Shown: positions 30,228 to 39,551 of the stretch, one piece after another
Numbering within the stretch: position 1 is the first letter of the stretch
Layout of the letters: each line of letters starts with the position of its first letter
Assembly (NCBI GenBank): GCA_965204725.1
Contig: OZ242005.1
Location: 2,272,001 to 2,336,000, forward strand
Source of the DNA: Candidatus Latescibacterota bacterium
Lineage (GTDB): Bacteria; Latescibacterota; UBA2968; UBA8231
Direction of reading: 5' to 3'
DNA: 64,000 nucleotides
The notes under the pieces: model-generated
The model's database searches: none
What the model saw: the letters and a program-made list of their open reading frames with translations, nothing else
Told to the model about the DNA's origin: nothing
Position numbers and translations under genes: made by a program

Positions 30228-31648
30228 TACGGGCTGTCAGCGCCGCCGTCGTTGGGGTCTTCGCTGCGGGCGGCGGGTGCAGCCGGCTCTTTGGGTGCTT
30301 GCGCCACGTCGTCTAAGCCCAAGTCCAACTCGGCGAAGTCGTCGTCGCTAATCACGTACACCGCGTCGTCGCCTTCCTGCTGCAAGAACGAGGTCCCGGC
30401 CGCTTGGCTGAAGCGAGCGGTCAGGACGGCTTGCCCCGCGCCGAGCAGCTCAATGCTAAAGGCCGGCGCGGCCTCGGCCGGCAGCTCCTCGGCAAACCCT
30501 TCGACCTCGAGTTGCTCCAAGTCGCTCAGGAGGCTGTTGAACTTCCACGACTTGGCGTCGCGCCCGCTGGGGTCTGACAGGTGCCACGCACCGCTGGTGT
30601 CCTGATCAGCGGCAAACGCGACTGCCGCTTGGCGAGTCAGGACAATGCGCTCGACTTGTGTGCGCTCAAAGCGCAAGGGCTTTTTGTCGCGCAAATCGGA
30701 CAGGTCCTTGACGAGCGCTTGCACCAGCGTCGAATCGACCAAAAACACCTGCGGCCGGCTGGCGTCGCGCGCGTACCAACGGCCCTGTTCGTCCGCGTCG
30801 CCAATGGCCAAGCGCTTCTCGGCCCGGTCTTCGCCAATGAGTAGGGCGAGCTCCACGTGCGGCGCACGCTCCCCCAAACCATAGGTAGCCAAGGAGTCGG
30901 CATCCGGGTCTTCGGCCACAAAAGCCTCGATCTCGGCTTGGTCGATTTTGTCGAGCAGGTCCTCTACTGCGTCGCCGTCGGCTCGGGCGGCTACCGGCTC
31001 GCGCAACTGCCAGTCGGGCGCGGTCCGCGCCAGCACGGCCCCACCGCCAGCACCCCACCGCTCAACCTGCATCACCTCGTCTTTGGCAAAGGCCAGCACC
31101 CGGCGGTCGCGCAGGTCAAACGCCTGCTTGTCGAGGTTGTCGAAGCGCCAAGCGCGCACCACAAAGATCTCGGGATTGTCGCCTTGGCCTTGGAGTTGGG
31201 CGTAGGTAAAGCGATCGGTGGGACTGTCCGCGCCGAAAGCGACCACTTGCTCGGCGCCGTCTTCGGTTTGCAGCCGCACTTTGAGCCGCGGCGGGTCGAG
31301 CCCGTATTGGGCGGCTTGCTCGGCGCTGGCCGCGGCGCTATCGACGATGACCTTTTCCCGCTCGCATTCGCGCAAATTGCGCAAGTAGCGCTCTACGGCC
31401 TCTGAGTCTGCGCCGTCGGTCACCGGCTCTTTCAGGTTCCAGCCGCTCGCCTCCTGGGCCAACACCAAAGCCTCGTCGCCGCGCACCAGCGCGAGTTGCT
31501 GGGCTTCGCCATCTTGGAAGGCGAACAACTGCTTGGATTTTTCGGCTTCTTGGCGGCGCTCCTCACCGCCCTTGATCTCGTAGAAATAGACAAAGGCCGA
31601 CAGCGCGAGGAAAATTAGGCCGATCACTGCATTGGTCTTGAATTTCAT
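30227..31648 (-). CDS. DUF4340 domain protein (three repeats)
   Basis: N-terminal TM, repeated W.L.EP...AD / YGL / DLRDRR-DLRDKK units. Follows a GldG-like gene. Confidence 0.8.
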   Translation of the reverse strand: MKFKTNAVIGLIFLALSAFVYFYEIKGGEERRQEAEKSKQLFAFQDGEAQQLALVRGDEALVLAQEASGWNLKEPVTDGADSEAVERYLRNLRECEREKVIVDSAAASAEQAAQYGLDPPRLKVRLQTEDGAEQVVAFGADSPTDRFTYAQLQGQGDNPEIFVVRAWRFDNLDKQAFDLRDRRVLAFAKDEVMQVERWGAGGGAVLARTAPDWQLREPVAARADGDAVEDLLDKIDQAEIEAFVAEDPDADSLATYGLGERAPHVELALLIGEDRAEKRLAIGDADEQGRWYARDASRPQVFLVDSTLVQALVKDLSDLRDKKPLRFERTQVERIVLTRQAAVAFAADQDTSGAWHLSDPSGRDAKSWKFNSLLSDLEQLEVEGFAEELPAEAAPAFSIELLGAGQAVLTARFSQAAGTSFLQQEGDDAVYVISDDDFAELDLGLDDVAQAPKEPAAPAARSEDPNDGGADSP

Positions 31649-31649
31649 G

Positions 31650-34600
31650 CTAGCTTAGCTCCTCTTGTACAAAGACCTTTTTAATCCACACGAGAATGGC
31701 CGCATTGACCACGAAAACCGCAGCGTAGATCAGCTGGACCGTCTCGTTGGGAATCAGGGAGAAACCCAGGCCGGCCCCGGTGAAAATCGTCAGGGCAACC
31801 ACGCCGGCGCACAACACCGAAAACACCAAGCCGGCCTGCCAAGCCCACGCCGCATGCCGATAGAGGCCGTAGCCAATAGCCGCCGAGGCCAAGGCCGCGA
31901 TCAATTTGACCTCCCCCTCAAAGATCGCCCCCTCGCTGGTGGCAATGATGCCGCTGATGAAGAAGAACATGGCGTTGCCCCAAAAGGTGTACACCAGCCA
32001 CGAGACAAAACCATCGGCGTAGGTCTGATAGCCGCGCCTGAGCACCATGACCAAGCCCGACAAAGCAACCGCAAAGGGCACGATGAACACCGAGATCCAG
32101 AGAATGACCGCGCCCTGATTGCCGATTAGGTTGATGGGGTTAAAGGCGGGCTGCTTGTCGGCGATGGTCAGGCGGTCTTCGTCCTCGGTGAGCCAACGCA
32201 CGTTGCCGAGAAACAGCTCGCCATTGGCCTGCTGAGCAAAGTACTGGTTGGAGGCAAAATCCGCGTCGCCGAAGACCACGAGGCGCGTCCGTCCCTCGGG
32301 CGCTATGCTGGTATCAACGGCCGCGGAGACGGCCACGCCCAGCGACACCGGGCCGCGCATATCCACTTCCGGGTCGAATGCAACCTCGCCGCCCTCGCCC
32401 GCGATGGGCGCTAGGTCGGTTTCGCCCCAACTGTTTTTGTGGGTGAACGCCAACGCGGCGATCTCTGGGTCTTTGAGCCGGTGTTCGGTTGGCTGCACCG
32501 AGCGCACCAGCGGGAAGAAGGTCATCATCCCAGCGGACAGCTCTTGGGTGATCGGGTGGTCGCCGTAGTTGATGACCACCGGCACGGAGGCCTCCGCGCC
32601 AAAAAGCTGGCCCAAGCCGCTCAGATCGACGACAAAGTTCTGCCCCAGCTCAACCGAGTACTCGTTCAACAGGGCTTCGAGCCCGGTCGGCTGGCCCGGA
32701 TCGAGCAAAAACAATGCACTACCCCCGCCGGCCAAGTATTGCCGCAGCACGTCGGCTTCGGCCGCGGCAAAGCGCTCCTTGGGGCCTAAAACCACGACTA
32801 ACGTGGCGTCGTCGGGCACTGGCTCAGCGAGCGTCAGCCCTTCCTCTACCGCAAAGTTTAGCTCCTTGAGCCGCCCCTTGAGGGTGGAATAGCCCTGCTC
32901 ATCGACCTGATCTAGCTCGGCCTCACCGTGGCCGCTGGTGAAATAGGCCCTGAGTTCGCGGCCTTTGAGTGCCTTGAGAATGGCGTTGCTCAGCGCCTCT
33001 TCGCTCTGGGCGGTAATGCGCTCGGTGCGCACCTGCCCTTGGTCAATCACTTCGACAATCGAAGTCCCGCGCTCGCGGATGTTGTTCTGCTCGACGCGCA
33101 GCCGGTTTTTCTGCGGATCGAGCAGCTCGTAGTCGAAGTTGGGCGACACATAGCTGTACTCCCTTAATAGGTCCTCAAAGCGCACGTTCTCCATCTCGCT
33201 CATGAAGGTCTTGACTTGGACGTACTGGTCGTTGTCGGCGAGCGGCTCGAGGAGCCTGTGGGTGTCGCCCGACAGGGTAAAGAGCGCGTCGGCCGTCAGG
33301 TCTTGGCGGAAGTGATAGCGGTCGCCGAGGAAGTTGACCAGCGCGGCAATGCCGAGCGAAATCACAATGCCCAACCCGGCCGCGCTCAAGTCGGCCAAGC
33401 TCCAGCGCCCCTTGCGCGAGACGACCACAATGCCGACCAAGGCGATTAGCCCCGGATAGAGCACCACGCTGAGCCAGAAAATCCACTCGCTGTCGCTGTC
33501 GGTCAGGGCGATGGGGTTGTGGCCCGGCTCGCGGGGACGAATCGAGATCAGGGCCTCGTCCTCGGCCAGCCAGCTCAGCGCGTTGAGCACCAAGTCGCCG
33601 TTGCCTTGGACGCCGAAGTACTGGTTGGTGGCAAAGTCCGAATCCCCAAAGACCACCAAGCGGCCTCCGGCCTCGCGGTCTCGGGCCGCAACGGCCAAAG
33701 GCACCGGGCCGGGCTGATCGACGCCCTCGTCGAGCTTGACCGTCTGATTGCCCTCGCTGGTGAGGACGCTCAAGTCGGTTTCGGCCCAACCGGACTCCGA
33801 GGTCTGGACTAGGACGGCCCCCTCGCGGCCAGCCCCCTCGTCAAAATGTACTGAGCGACCGAGCTGGAAGAAGGTCATTAGGCCCTCGTGCTTGCGCGTG
33901 ACCGGATGGTCGCCGTAGGAGAGGGCGACCGGCGTGGTAAAATCAAGGCCAAACAGCGAGCCTATGCCGCTGGTGTCGATGACGAAGTCGTCGCCGACCG
34001 CCACGCCCCACTCGCCCAACAGGTCCGCTAAGCCGCTGTCGGCGAGCGGGTCCAGGAGCAAGAGCAAGGCACCGCCTTCTGCTAGGTATGCGCGGATGGC
34101 TTCGACCTCGCCCGGAAAGAAGGGGGTGCGCGGGCCAGCGACGACGAGCACGGCGCAATTTTGCGGCACCGCCCCGGCGCGGGCGAGGAAGAGCGAATCC
34201 TCGACCGCGTAGTCAATCTCGCCCAACTGGGCCTGCAACTGGGCCAACCCATCGGGTTGGTCGGCGAGTTGGCGCTCGCCGTGCCCCACCGTCAAGTAGA
34301 TCCGGTCTTGGCGCTCGCGCGTCAGTTTGAGCAACGAGTTGACTATTTCGCGCTCTTCGAGCTCGGTGATTTGCTGTTGGTTGTCGCCGCTTTCCAATAC
34401 CAGCGTGTCGTAGCGGCGGATGCCGTAGTCCTCAGTGCGGCTCGGGTCGCGGTCTGGGTCGATGAATTCGTAGCTGAAGCGGGTGTTGTACGTCTCCAAC
34501 TCGGCCAGCAGCAGTTCGAGCTCGGGGTTTTCTCCGCCCTCCATAAAGGCGAGGGCGTGGACATCCCGGTCTAGTGCCTTGAGCGTCTCGACCGTCAAGT

Positions 34601-34901
34601 CGGCGAGGCTGTGCAACTGGCCCTCGGTCAAGTCGAAGCGCTCGGGATAGCGGTTGCCCAAAAAATTGACCATGGCCACAATGCCGAACACCATGATGCC
34701 GCCCCAAAAGGCGTTGAGCCAGCGGCCGTACTGGCGGAAGAGCGCCGGGTTCAAAAGGCCGGCCGCAGCCACCATCAGGGCGCCGAGGGCCAAGTTGAAA
34801 AGGCCGACCGAGCCGCTCTCGGCATTGAGCAGATAGGCCAAGCCACCCGCGACCATCAGGGCCGCGCCGACCAAGCCCAAGGGCGTGGTATATGCCTTCA
34901 T
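31650..34901 (-). CDS. GldG-family ABC auxiliary protein with a duplicated module
   Basis: Two copies of [TM - DLT....(S/T)L...T - Y..(V/S)GHGE - LVVFGD.DFA.NQYF - W L.EDE - TM], plus extra C-terminal TM helices. Confidence 0.85.
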   Translation of the reverse strand: MKAYTTPLGLVGAALMVAGGLAYLLNAESGSVGLFNLALGALMVAAAGLLNPALFRQYGRWLNAFWGGIMVFGIVAMVNFLGNRYPERFDLTEGQLHSLADLTVETLKALDRDVHALAFMEGGENPELELLLAELETYNTRFSYEFIDPDRDPSRTEDYGIRRYDTLVLESGDNQQQITELEEREIVNSLLKLTRERQDRIYLTVGHGERQLADQPDGLAQLQAQLGEIDYAVEDSLFLARAGAVPQNCAVLVVAGPRTPFFPGEVEAIRAYLAEGGALLLLLDPLADSGLADLLGEWGVAVGDDFVIDTSGIGSLFGLDFTTPVALSYGDHPVTRKHEGLMTFFQLGRSVHFDEGAGREGAVLVQTSESGWAETDLSVLTSEGNQTVKLDEGVDQPGPVPLAVAARDREAGGRLVVFGDSDFATNQYFGVQGNGDLVLNALSWLAEDEALISIRPREPGHNPIALTDSDSEWIFWLSVVLYPGLIALVGIVVVSRKGRWSLADLSAAGLGIVISLGIAALVNFLGDRYHFRQDLTADALFTLSGDTHRLLEPLADNDQYVQVKTFMSEMENVRFEDLLREYSYVSPNFDYELLDPQKNRLRVEQNNIRERGTSIVEVIDQGQVRTERITAQSEEALSNAILKALKGRELRAYFTSGHGEAELDQVDEQGYSTLKGRLKELNFAVEEGLTLAEPVPDDATLVVVLGPKERFAAAEADVLRQYLAGGGSALFLLDPGQPTGLEALLNEYSVELGQNFVVDLSGLGQLFGAEASVPVVINYGDHPITQELSAGMMTFFPLVRSVQPTEHRLKDPEIAALAFTHKNSWGETDLAPIAGEGGEVAFDPEVDMRGPVSLGVAVSAAVDTSIAPEGRTRLVVFGDADFASNQYFAQQANGELFLGNVRWLTEDEDRLTIADKQPAFNPINLIGNQGAVILWISVFIVPFAVALSGLVMVLRRGYQTYADGFVSWLVYTFWGNAMFFFISGIIATSEGAIFEGEVKLIAALASAAIGYGLYRHAAWAWQAGLVFSVLCAGVVALTIFTGAGLGFSLIPNETVQLIYAAVFVVNAAILVWIKKVFVQEELS

Positions 34902-34903
34902 GC

Positions 34904-35686
34904 TCAGCGCCTCCATCGCCGCGATTCAATGACGCGCGTGGTTAAAAACAGGCAGAAAAAGGTAAAGCTCAGGTAGAACACCACATCCTTGGTGTCGATG
35001 ACTCCGCGCTGGAAGTCTTCGAGGTGGTCTATGAAGGAGAGGTACTGCAAAATTTTGGCGGCCGTTGGGCCGGCAAAGCTGGCCGACCAGTCAATGAGCC
35101 AGAACAGGAGCAACATGCCAAAGGTCAGCAGCACGGCGACGATTTGGTTTTCGGTCAGCGCCGAGGCCAAGATGCCCACGGCGATAAAGGTCGCGCCGAG
35201 GAACAAGTAGCCGAGGTAGCCGGAAAAAATCGGCCCCCAGTCGGGCGAGCCATACACTTCGAGAATGACGAAGTAAATCAGGGTCAGGCTGACGATGATG
35301 CCGTAGAGCGAAAAGCAGGCGAAGAACTTGCCCAGCATCACTTCGATGGTGCGTAGCGGCGAGGTCATCAGCAATTCGATGGTGCCGGATTTTTTCTCCT
35401 CGGCAAACAGCCGCATGGTCAGCATCGGGATGACCAAGAGCCATATAAAGTCCATGACTGCGAAGAATTGGGTGATGACCATCTCGTTGAGATTGAGCGC
35501 CGGCATCCCCCCCATGCCCATCTGGGCCCGCTGGCCAAACTGCAAGCACCAGAGGTTGAACTGCATCAGGATATTGCGAAACAGATACCCCGAGAGAAAC
35601 AGAAAGACGCCCGCGATCACATAGGCGACGGGCGAAACAAAATAGGAGCGCATCTCCTTGGTGTACACGGCGGCAAAATTACGCAT
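34904..35686 (-). CDS. ABC transporter permease (GldF-like)
   Basis: KEMRSYFVSPVAY, TMRLFAEEKKSGTIELLMTSP, SALTENQIVA, F.RGVID..DVVFYLS. Confidence 0.9.
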   Translation of the reverse strand: MRNFAAVYTKEMRSYFVSPVAYVIAGVFLFLSGYLFRNILMQFNLWCLQFGQRAQMGMGGMPALNLNEMVITQFFAVMDFIWLLVIPMLTMRLFAEEKKSGTIELLMTSPLRTIEVMLGKFFACFSLYGIIVSLTLIYFVILEVYGSPDWGPIFSGYLGYLFLGATFIAVGILASALTENQIVAVLLTFGMLLLFWLIDWSASFAGPTAAKILQYLSFIDHLEDFQRGVIDTKDVVFYLSFTFFCLFLTTRVIESRRWRR

Positions 35687-35687
35687 G

Positions 35688-36620
35688 TTAAGCTGCTACC
35701 TCCTCGCTAGTCAGGCTCAGGAAAATGTCTTCAAGGGTCATGTCGAGCGGCCGCAATTCGCGGAGGCTGAAGCCGCTCTCCACCACCTTGCGGGTCAGGT
35801 CGTCGCGCACGTCGGCCCCGGGCGTGCTCGTCACTACGTACGTGCCCTCCTCGCCGCTCGCTTCGACTTCTAGGACGCCCTCGAGTTGGCCGATCATGCC
35901 CAGCACCTGCTCGCTGGGGCCGTCGATGTGAGCGCACAGGACCTCGCCCTCTTTGAGCTGGGCCATGAGGCTTTCGGGCGTCCCCTGACCGGCGATGCGG
36001 CCGTTGTTGATGATGGCCAGTTGCCCGCAGGTCATGCTCACCTCCGGCAGGATGTGGGTGCTGAGAATGACCGTGTGGTCGCCCCCCAGCCCCTTGATGA
36101 CCTCGCGGATTTCGATGATCTGCTTGGGGTCGAGGCCCACGGTCGGCTCGTCGAGGATGAGCACCTCTGGCTCGTGGACTAGGGCTTGGGCCAAACCGAC
36201 GCGCTGCCGATAGCCCTTGGATAGGTGGCCGATCACCGTGTGGCGGTGATGAGCGATGCCGGTCTTTTCCATGGTGTCGTCAATTCGGCTGTTGAGCGCG
36301 GCGCTGGGCACGCCCTTGATTTTGGCCACAAAGCGCAGATAGGCGTTGACCGTCATGTCGTGGTAGAGCGGTGGCTGCTCGGGCAGGTAGCCGATGCGCT
36401 TGCGCACCTCTATGGACTCTTCGACGACGTCGAAGCCAGCGACTTTGGCCTCGCCCTGCGAAGGGGGTAAATAACAGGTAAGCATCCGCATCGTCGTGGT
36501 CTTGCCCGCGCCATTCGGCCCGAGGAAACCGAGGATGACGCCCTTGTCAACGCTGAAGGAGACATTCTCCACGGCGACGACATCTCCGTAGTGTTTGGAC
36601 AGTTCGCGTACTTCAATCAC
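35688..36620 (-). CDS. ABC transporter ATP-binding protein (GldA-like)
   Basis: GPNGAGKTT, LSKGYRQRVGLAQA, ILDEPTVGLDP, STHILPEV. Confidence 0.92.
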   Translation of the reverse strand: MIEVRELSKHYGDVVAVENVSFSVDKGVILGFLGPNGAGKTTTMRMLTCYLPPSQGEAKVAGFDVVEESIEVRKRIGYLPEQPPLYHDMTVNAYLRFVAKIKGVPSAALNSRIDDTMEKTGIAHHRHTVIGHLSKGYRQRVGLAQALVHEPEVLILDEPTVGLDPKQIIEIREVIKGLGGDHTVILSTHILPEVSMTCGQLAIINNGRIAGQGTPESLMAQLKEGEVLCAHIDGPSEQVLGMIGQLEGVLEVEASGEEGTYVVTSTPGADVRDDLTRKVVESGFSLRELRPLDMTLEDIFLSLTSEEVAA

Positions 36621-36632
36621 CGCATTTCCTCC

Positions 36633-37508
36633 TTAGTGTCGCTGCATCCGCGTGCGAAAAAAGTGAATGAGGGGTTCGATGTATGGGCGCGACAGGTCAA
36701 TCGCGATTTGGTCGACGCCCGCTTTGTGCAATAGCGTGCTGCGGTGCTCGGCCGCGGCCCGCTGCTCGGCGGCGAAAAACGCGCGCACGCCCTCGTGGCC
36801 GCTATCGACGAGCACCTGTTGGCCGGTCTCGGCGTCTTGCAGGTTGATAAAACCAACATCCGGTAGGTCCCACTCGCGCGGGTCGCTCACCACCACGGCG
36901 ATCAGGTCGTGGCGCTGGCTCAAGTGCCGCAGCGCAGGCTCGTAGCCTTGGTCGAGAAAGTCGGAGAGGACAAAGACCACGCTGCGGCGGTGCAGGACGC
37001 GGCTGAGGTATTCCAAGGCCCCGGCAATGGAGGTCTTGCGCCCTTGCGGCTGAAAGTACAGCAGCTCGCGCAACACGCGCAGCACGTGCTTGCGCCCCTT
37101 TTTCGGGGGGACGAAAACCTCGACCTCGTCCGTGAAGATGAGCAGGCCCACTCGGTCGTTGTTCTTGATCGCGCTAAAGGCCAACAGCGCCGAGACCTCG
37201 ACCCCGACTTCCCCCTTCATCTGCTGCTGCGAGCCAAAGGCCCCCGACGCGCTGGCATCGACCACCAGCACGGCGGTCAGCTCGCGCTCCTCGTCGAATA
37301 TCTTGACGAAGGGCGCACCCACTCGCGCCGTCACGTTCCAGTCGATGTGGCGCACGTCGTCGCCGGGCTGGTATTCGCGCGCCTCGGCAAACTCCATCCC
37401 GCGCCCCTTGAACGCCGAATGGTATTCGCCGGCGAAGAGGTTGTTCACCATGCTGCGGGTGTGAATCTCAAGCAGGCGAACTTTGTCGAGTATCTCTTTG
37501 GGAATCAC
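36633..37508 (-). CDS. DUF58 domain protein
   Basis: GEYHSAFKGRGMEF...REYQPGDDVRHIDWNVTAR, EERE, SDF. Confidence 0.93.
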   Translation of the reverse strand: MIPKEILDKVRLLEIHTRSMVNNLFAGEYHSAFKGRGMEFAEAREYQPGDDVRHIDWNVTARVGAPFVKIFDEERELTAVLVVDASASGAFGSQQQMKGEVGVEVSALLAFSAIKNNDRVGLLIFTDEVEVFVPPKKGRKHVLRVLRELLYFQPQGRKTSIAGALEYLSRVLHRRSVVFVLSDFLDQGYEPALRHLSQRHDLIAVVVSDPREWDLPDVGFINLQDAETGQQVLVDSGHEGVRAFFAAEQRAAAEHRSTLLHKAGVDQIAIDLSRPYIEPLIHFFRTRMQRH

Positions 37509-37527
37509 CGCTCGGCTCGCCTTGGCT

Positions 37528-38526
37528 TCAGGGAACTTCGATGTGGTCGAAGAGCTGCTGCACGATGTGATCGCTGTCGATTTCCTCGGCCTCGGCCTCG
37601 TACGAGACGATGATCCGATGCCTGAGCACGTCGGCCCCCACGGCCTTGACGTCTTCGGGGGTGACGTAGCCGCGCCGCTGGATGAAGGCGTGGGCGCGCG
37701 CCGTGCGGACGAGGAAAATAGCGGCCCGCGGCGAGGCCCCGTACTCGATCAGCGGGGCCATGTCGGCCAACCCGTAGTCGGCCGGGCGTCGGGTCGCTTG
37801 GACGAGATCGACGACGTAATCCTTGATCTTGTCGTCGATATAGACGATCTCCACCACCTCGCGCAGGCGGTGGATTTGGTCGATGCTCACCGCTTGCTCC
37901 ACCGCGATTGGGCTGTCGTTGGCCATGCGGTCCAATATGAGCCGCTCCTCGGTGCGCGACGGATAATCGACCTTCACTTTGAGCATGAAGCGATCGATTT
38001 GGGCCTCGGGCAGCGGGTACGTTCCCTCTTGATCAATCGGGTTTTGGGTGGCCATGACCAAGAACGGGTCGTCGAGTGAATAGGTTTCCTCGCCGATGGT
38101 CACCTGCCGCTCTTGCATGCACTCCAAAAGCGCGCTCTGCACTTTGGCTGGTGCGCGGTTGATTTCGTCGGCTAGGATCAAATGGGCGAAGATCGGGCCT
38201 TTCTTGGGTATAAACGCCCCTTGGTGCTGGTTGTAGATGGTGGTCCCGGTCAGATCGGCGGGCAACAGATCCGGGGTAAACTGGATCCGCTTGAACCGGG
38301 CCGCCACGATCCGCGCCAGCGTCGCCACCGTCAGGGTCTTGGCTAGCCCGGGCACTCCTTCGAGGAGGATGTGGCCGTTGCACAACAGCCCCATCAGAAT
38401 TCGCTCCACCATGGCGCGTTGGCCGACGATGACTCGGTCCATCTCCTGCAAGATGCGCTCTACCAGCGCGCTCTCGCGCTGGACCTGCTCGCTAATGGCG
38501 TGAATGTCTATGGTTGTTTGCGTCAT
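37528..38526 (-). CDS. moxR: MoxR family AAA+ ATPase
   Basis: LLEGVPGLAKT, RIQFTPDLLPAD, LADEINRAPAKVQSALLE, ATQNPI.QEGTYPLPEAQ.DRF, GASPRA. Confidence 0.95.
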   Translation of the reverse strand: MTQTTIDIHAISEQVQRESALVERILQEMDRVIVGQRAMVERILMGLLCNGHILLEGVPGLAKTLTVATLARIVAARFKRIQFTPDLLPADLTGTTIYNQHQGAFIPKKGPIFAHLILADEINRAPAKVQSALLECMQERQVTIGEETYSLDDPFLVMATQNPIDQEGTYPLPEAQIDRFMLKVKVDYPSRTEERLILDRMANDSPIAVEQAVSIDQIHRLREVVEIVYIDDKIKDYVVDLVQATRRPADYGLADMAPLIEYGASPRAAIFLVRTARAHAFIQRRGYVTPEDVKAVGADVLRHRIIVSYEAEAEEIDSDHIVQQLFDHIEVP

Positions 38527-38564
38527 CAGTTGTGCTCTCTACATGCGCTAGGCGCTGGGCCTCA

Positions 38565-38600
38565 GCCAATAAAAAACCGCCCTGCGGATTCGCAAGCGGC
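38565..38600 (-). terminator. Putative intrinsic terminator between the TPR gene and moxR
   Basis: On the minus strand, CCGCTTGCG-AATC-CGCAGGGCGG hairpin followed by TTTTTT. Confidence 0.55.
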
Positions 38601-38644
38601 TGGGCCCATCTGCCTCAAACCTTTATGGCAACTTCTCAGTGTAT

Positions 38645-39136
38645 TTAAGGAACGGCGGCCTCGTCCTGAAATTGGACCCATTCTTGGGGGGGGCGGCCGA
38701 CGTGGGGCAACAGGTGCTGGGCACTGGCCGCGAGATCGGAGTCGGGGTAGTTCTCAAGTACGCGCTGGTAGGCCCGCCGCGCTTTCTCTAGATCGCGGAT
38801 GTATTCTTCGTATATAAAGGCGATCATAAATTGGGCTTCGTCGCCGTGCTCGCTATCGGGATATTCGGCCAACACGCGCTCGTAATGCCCAATGGCCTCC
38901 TCCATCTTCCCTTGCTGCTGGGCCAAGCCGGCGAGTTTTCTCAGGGCCTCGGGTGCTTTGGGCGATTCGGCAAAGCGCTCGAGAAAATCCGTAAAGTGCG
39001 CGACCGCTTGGTCGGCCGTCGTCGGGTCGGCCGCGGCCGCCTCGCCGGCTGCGAACAGCTCCTCAGCGCTTTGTTGGGCGCAACCGCCTCCCCAAGACCC
39101 GACGACGAGAATTCCTAGTAGTATCCTCGACCACAT
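38645..39136 (-). CDS. TPR lipoprotein (BamD/CpoB-like)
   Basis: Signal peptide with Cys (SWGGGC) and TPR-like repeats ending YPDS. Confidence 0.7.
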   Translation of the reverse strand: MWSRILLGILVVGSWGGGCAQQSAEELFAAGEAAAADPTTADQAVAHFTDFLERFAESPKAPEALRKLAGLAQQQGKMEEAIGHYERVLAEYPDSEHGDEAQFMIAFIYEEYIRDLEKARRAYQRVLENYPDSDLAASAQHLLPHVGRPPQEWVQFQDEAAVP

Positions 39137-39170
39137 ATAATTTTAACCACGCATCGCGGGGGCAGGTTCC

Positions 39171-39464
39171 TCAATCGGCTTTGGCGACCTTGGCTTTCCC
39201 ATCGCTCTTTTTGTTTTTGGCCCCGGCCTCGCTCTTGCTGCTGTCTTTATCGGCCTTCGCGGCCTTTTGATAGCCATCGCTGCGATAGTCGGTTGTGTAA
39301 AAGCCCGTTCCCTTAAACAGCAGGCCGCCGCCAGCGCCGATGAGCCGCTTAACCGGGCCTGGACAATCTGCTGCTGAGCAGGTTTGGCGCGGCGCGGCCG
39401 TGATGGGCTGAAACTCTTCAAATCGGTGACCGCACTGCTGGCATTCGTATTCGTATGTGGGCAT
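39171..39464 (-). CDS. FmdB family zinc-ribbon protein
   Basis: MPTYEYECQQCGHRFE...C...C...FKGTGFYTTDY. Confidence 0.92.
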   Translation of the reverse strand: MPTYEYECQQCGHRFEEFQPITAAPRQTCSAADCPGPVKRLIGAGGGLLFKGTGFYTTDYRSDGYQKAAKADKDSSKSEAGAKNKKSDGKAKVAKAD

Positions 39465-39551
39465 GATTGGCTCTTGTTATAGCTAAAAATACGAACCTGA
39501 TAATATAGAATAGGTCAACTAGGGGCGCAATAGTTGGCGACGAGTCGGGCC

